Source: Candidatus Latescibacterota bacterium
GTDB lineage: Bacteria; Latescibacterota; UBA2968
Length of the DNA: 64,000 bases
Reading direction: 5' to 3'
Assembly: GCA_965198115.1 (NCBI GenBank)
Contig: OZ240241.1
Location: 3,136,001 to 3,200,000 of the forward strand
How positions within the stretch are numbered: position 1 is the first letter of the stretch; every line of letters begins with the position of its first letter. The notes beneath the pieces were generated by a model. That model searched no databases. It was not told the origin of the DNA and saw only the letters and a list, made by a program, of their open reading frames with translations. This document shows, piece by piece, positions 60,604-64,000 of this stretch. The translations under genes and the position numbers were made by a program.

Positions 60604-62811
60604 CTAGCCACCAGACCCGACGCCCTTGGGGAGCGTGAAGTAGAATGTCGTTCCTCTCTCAATCTCAGACTCGACCCAGATCTCGCCCCCGTGCCGTTCG
60701 ACGATTTTCTTGCATAGCGCCAACCCGATGCCGCTGCCCTCATACTCTTCGCGCGTGTGTAGTCGCTGGAAGATCTGGAAAATCCGCTCCGCGTGTTTCG
60801 AATCCATTCCGATCCCGTTGTCCTCGACTCTGAAGACCCACCAGGCATCTTCTTCCGTTGCCGAAATTCTGACGCGTGGGCCCTCCTGACCGCGGAATTT
60901 GATGGCGTTTCCGATCAGATTCTGAAACAGTTGCACGAGCTGTCCTTCATCGCCCGGAACGACTGGCAGCGGGTCTCGCTCGACGAGGACGCCACTCTCA
61001 TCGATCGCCAGCGTCAGATTAGCCAGCGCTTGATCCAGAAGGGAGCCGCAATCCGTAGGAACGGGCGGTTTACCGCGCGTACCTACCCTCGACAGTTGAA
61101 GCAGATCGTTGATCAACCCGGACATCCGTTCCGCTCCATCGACGGCGAAGTCTATGAATTCTCCGGCGTCATCGTCCAGCTCGTCCTTGTAGCGTCGTTC
61201 CAGAAGTTGGAGATAGCTCGACACCATCCTGAGGGGTTCCTGGAGATCGTGAAACGCCACCGAAGCGAATTGCTCCAGGTCGGCATTCGACCGTGCGAGC
61301 TCCTCCGTCTGACGCTCCAGATCCCGACTCGAAACTTCCAATCTCTCCAGATCTTCAACTCGCGAAATCCCGACCGAGAAGATTTTGGCCACCTGTTCGA
61401 TCGTCATCAAGTCCGACGTAGAAAATGCACGCGCCTGGACACTGAGGACTGATATGACCCCGTTGGGTATCGGAACCTCTGCGCAGCTGCGGACGGGTAG
61501 CCCGCCGAACTTCTCTTTCAAGTTTTCCGCTTCCTCCGGATAGCCACGTACAAGGTCCTCCTCGTAGGTCAGCTGGCCGTCTTGCCACTGCCGGGTCAGG
61601 GAGGTCGCTCTCCGTTCCTCTCCTGCCGTAAGAGTCCCCTCTTGTCCAACCCTGTAAGTTTGAACAAGGCTCTCGTCCGGATTCAGGATCCTGTGGATCG
61701 CCATGGCGTGGGCATCGACGCCCAATTCCTACATCTCCTTCAGGCAGGTCTGGATGACCTGTTCCAAATCTGCAGGGCGGGCGAGATCCTGGACCGCTCC
61801 GCTGATCCTGACCAAGGTCGCGCCCTGAGTTGAGCATCGACTTCGGCACTTTGTGCCCTCCGCCTGGCCTCTTCGGCGTCCTCCATCATGTTGAGCGCGG
61901 CGGTTCTCGAATCTCTCAGGGACTCGTTCAGAAGCTTCAACTCCTGCTGCGCCTTTTCGCGCTCGGCGATTCCCTCTTCCAGCTCCCGGTTGATCTGTTC
62001 TGTCGCTTCAGCGGACCGTTGGCCTCTTGTGAGGTCTGCCGGAATCGGCTGACGACGAGCCCCAGACCCAGCAGCCCCAATGTTGTCATCGCCGCCAGCA
62101 AACCAACGGTTCCGCTCATGCCCTCTCGATGCTGTGTAGAAACACTCTCCACCGGACGGATGACCTCGAGAACCCCCCGCACGTCACCCGTCTTCCATCC
62201 CTTCTTGGGCGTATCGGGATGCGTGTTGTGACAGGAGACACACTCGGGTCGCATGAGATCAGCCGTTGCATACCGCAGCGAGAGCCGTCCCTCGTATTCC
62301 TCCATACGGTAAAAGGGCACCTCGGGATTCTGCCTCAAGAACGTCAGAGCCTCCTGCTCGAACTGATCTTGAGGGCCGCCTTCGGCCTCCCGCCACGGGA
62401 ACGGGTAGTCACTGTATAGACGGGTGACCCCCCGGTGCCCTTCCCAGCGATGCGATTTCCAAGTAGCATGCTCAGCGTCGCAGGAAGCGGGATCGCCTTT
62501 TCTCGGGTTGCATAGTCGTGAGTGATTTCAACATCGTGACCGACGACCCGAGACACGACCTCGGAGGTATAGAGGGTGCGGAATTCCCTCAACGCCTGGG
62601 AATACAGGTCCGCGTCCTGTATGGCCATCGTTCTGATGAGGTCGGACTGAAGGTCGAACGTGTACCACACCATACCGGCCAATCCCACCATCCCCAGACA
62701 GAACATCGTGGATACGACGAGGACTACCCTTTCCTGGAACAGGCCCAGTATCCTGGACAAACCCGTGGACGTTTCTGTGAGCTACCCCTTGATCCCTTCA
62801 CGATCATTCAT
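60604..62811 (-). pseudogene. Sensor histidine kinase with a periplasmic DUF3365/Tll0287-like heme-c domain and GAF, broken by frameshifts and stops
   Basis: FRTLYTSEVV, IPLPAT, RLYSDYPFPWR, CVSCH..WKTGDVRGVLEV, HDLQEPLR; shifts near 62430, 62020, 61825; in-frame TAG at 62782 and 61729. Confidence 0.82.
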
Positions 62812-63039
62812 TTCGGGCCTCAATGTCCGGTTCCGCAGACGAAAGATCATAGGGGGCCGATCTTCCGGCTTCGGTTGCCAACTCGTTCACTTGCTGCTTT
62901 AGCTCGATCATCTTCAGTTTACGACCGTTGAATTGTTCCAGCTCGGCATTCGATCGACCCAACTCCTCGGCCTGCTGTGCAAACTCGTCTTGCGCCCATT
63001 GTCCTCGATCAGAAGGACCTGAATGTCCGTTGAACTCAT
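62804..63039 (-). pseudogene. Internally deleted response-regulator gene
   Basis: MSSTDIQVLLIEDN joined out of frame to ELGRSNAELEQFNGRKLKMIELKQQVNELATEAGRSAPY. Confidence 0.65.
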
Positions 63040-63080
63040 GAATCCCTCAGTGTTACGGGTCCGTTGCTGGATCGCTAATG

Positions 63081-63096
63081 AGCACCCTTCGTGCCA
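63081..63096 (-). promoter_or_regulatory. sigma54 (-24/-12) promoter
   Basis: TGGCACGAAGGGTGCT about 40 nt upstream of the ATG at 63039. Confidence 0.65.
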
Positions 63097-63170
63097 CTGA
63101 GCACGACCCTCTGAACCAGTCTTAAACGGTGTATTAACAATTACATATACGCTGTTTCTTTACGCAACAC

Positions 63171-63188
63171 GTGGCGGATTTCCGCCAC
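63171..63188. promoter_or_regulatory. Palindrome, candidate enhancer (UAS) for a sigma54 activator
   Basis: GTGGCGGA-TT-TCCGCCAC, separated from the promoter by an AT-rich IHF-like tract at about 63120-63150. Confidence 0.5.
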
Positions 63189-63222
63189 CTGGTCGCCTTC
63201 TGGTGGAGGTAGGCGCACGCAG

Positions 63223-63275
63223 AAAAATGGGGCACGATGCAAACGCTCCGATCAGAGCGCTTCCATTGTGCCCCA
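63223..63275 (-). terminator. Long hairpin plus U-tract
   Basis: TGGGGCACAATG..CATCGTGCCCCA then TTTTT on the minus strand. Confidence 0.55.
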
Positions 63276-63355
63276 ACGACGTGATAATTAACCAGCTTAC
63301 GACGGTGTGTCAAGTCAATTAGGCCCATTCGGGCCCGCGCGTTCTCCTTACTAAA

Positions 63356-63897
63356 TCAGTCGCCTCCACCTCTCCTGAGAGCTTCCCACCGATCCACGGG
63401 GGTCAGGAAACCCGGTCAGGGGTGCTCTGCGGGACGTCAACCCGTGACGAGCCCCAGCACGTGGGGCAGAGCTCGCATCTCTCAGCCAGGGACCGCAAAC
63501 AGCCCTGAAATCAGGAAAGAGGGTCCCAGATGAACCAGGGTGAGGATCACGATCCCCCCAGCCGTCATCCCCAGGGTCGGCCCAGATGGATCTCCCGCTC
63601 TTACCCATTCGGCCAGGGCCGCGGCGATCAGTGCGCCAACGGCCAGCACTCGAATCCGATTTCCCCAAGCCACCCCGTACGCAACGTTGACCACCAAGGT
63701 GCACGCGTAAACGCAGAATACCAGTCCCAGCAAGAAGGGGGCGCTGCGGGAACGCCTTCTGTCATCAGGTGATTGAATCCGCGAGCGGTCATCACGAGGC
63801 CATAGATTGTGGCCAGGCCCATACCAATCCGCAGCGTGCGTCCGATAGGCCCGGGTTTCTGGATGGATCCGGGGGGCAGGAACTGGTCGTCAGCCAC
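63356..63897 (-). CDS. Small membrane protein, candidate selenoprotein with in-frame TGA codons; 1-base frameshift at the G5 run 63737-63741
   Basis: KPGPIGRTLR, about 4 TM, then SFLISGLFAVPG*EMRALPHVLGLVTG*RPAEHP*PGFLTPVDRWE; hairpins follow the first and third TGA. Confidence 0.6.
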
Positions 63898-64000
63898 CTT
63901 ATGTTCTCACACTCATAGTTGGATAGTCCCCTTCGGAGAGCGAACCGACACCAAGACTCTGACGTCGGGGCCTTGCCTGACATCCGCTTTCAAACCCAAC

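Noticed and set aside
61729-62784. Amber (TAG) read-through in the heme kinase
   Set aside because: The same gene has three frameshifts and other genes terminate at TAG; simple pseudogenisation is more parsimonious
63228-63275. c-di-GMP-I riboswitch or ANTAR dual hairpin
   Set aside because: No GNRA loop/receptor or GACGCAAA segment, and the AATGG hexaloop is not closed by a stem
63356-63897. Genome-wide TGA reassignment (code 4 or 25) as the explanation of the in-frame TGAs
   Set aside because: Many intact genes here end cleanly at TGA, including TGATG coupling at 40463-40467, and Trp is encoded by TGG
1-64000. CRISPR array, rRNA, full tRNA, reverse transcriptase/DGR/retron
   Set aside because: I saw no regularly spaced repeat-spacer array, complete cloverleaf, rRNA-like tract or YxDD RT ORF by eye; a covariance-model scan was not possible

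Overview
Bacterial genomic window, roughly 60% GC by eye. The gene content (PhyH dioxygenases, TPP enzymes, M24 peptidases, a DUF6785-like membrane protein, a sugar-acid catabolic operon) suggests a heterotroph such as Latescibacterota/Poribacteria; this is inference only. IS load is heavy. There are five near-identical ISL3 copies (two tandem dimers and one inside nrfA), an ISAzo13 nested in an IS630 that itself splits an HTH gene, two IS256 plus a fragment, and two IS200. Several genes are frameshifted or truncated. The right third is a minus-strand multi-kinase signalling cluster behind a sigma54-type promoter. Best leads: (1) a small membrane-protein gene at 63356-63897 whose reading frame continues through in-frame TGA codons in PG*EMR and EHP*PG, each followed by a SECIS-like hairpin, i.e. 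a candidate double-selenocysteine protein; (2) a NYN RNase gene with a promoter, two-hairpin RNA and terminator leader, cut off by an ISL3 dimer; (3) 8-mer-periodic inverted-repeat arms shared between a GxxExxY remnant and a gene-less mini-element; (4) a circularly permuted flavoprotein fused to a membrane polyferredoxin. All family assignments are from motif recognition, not database searches.
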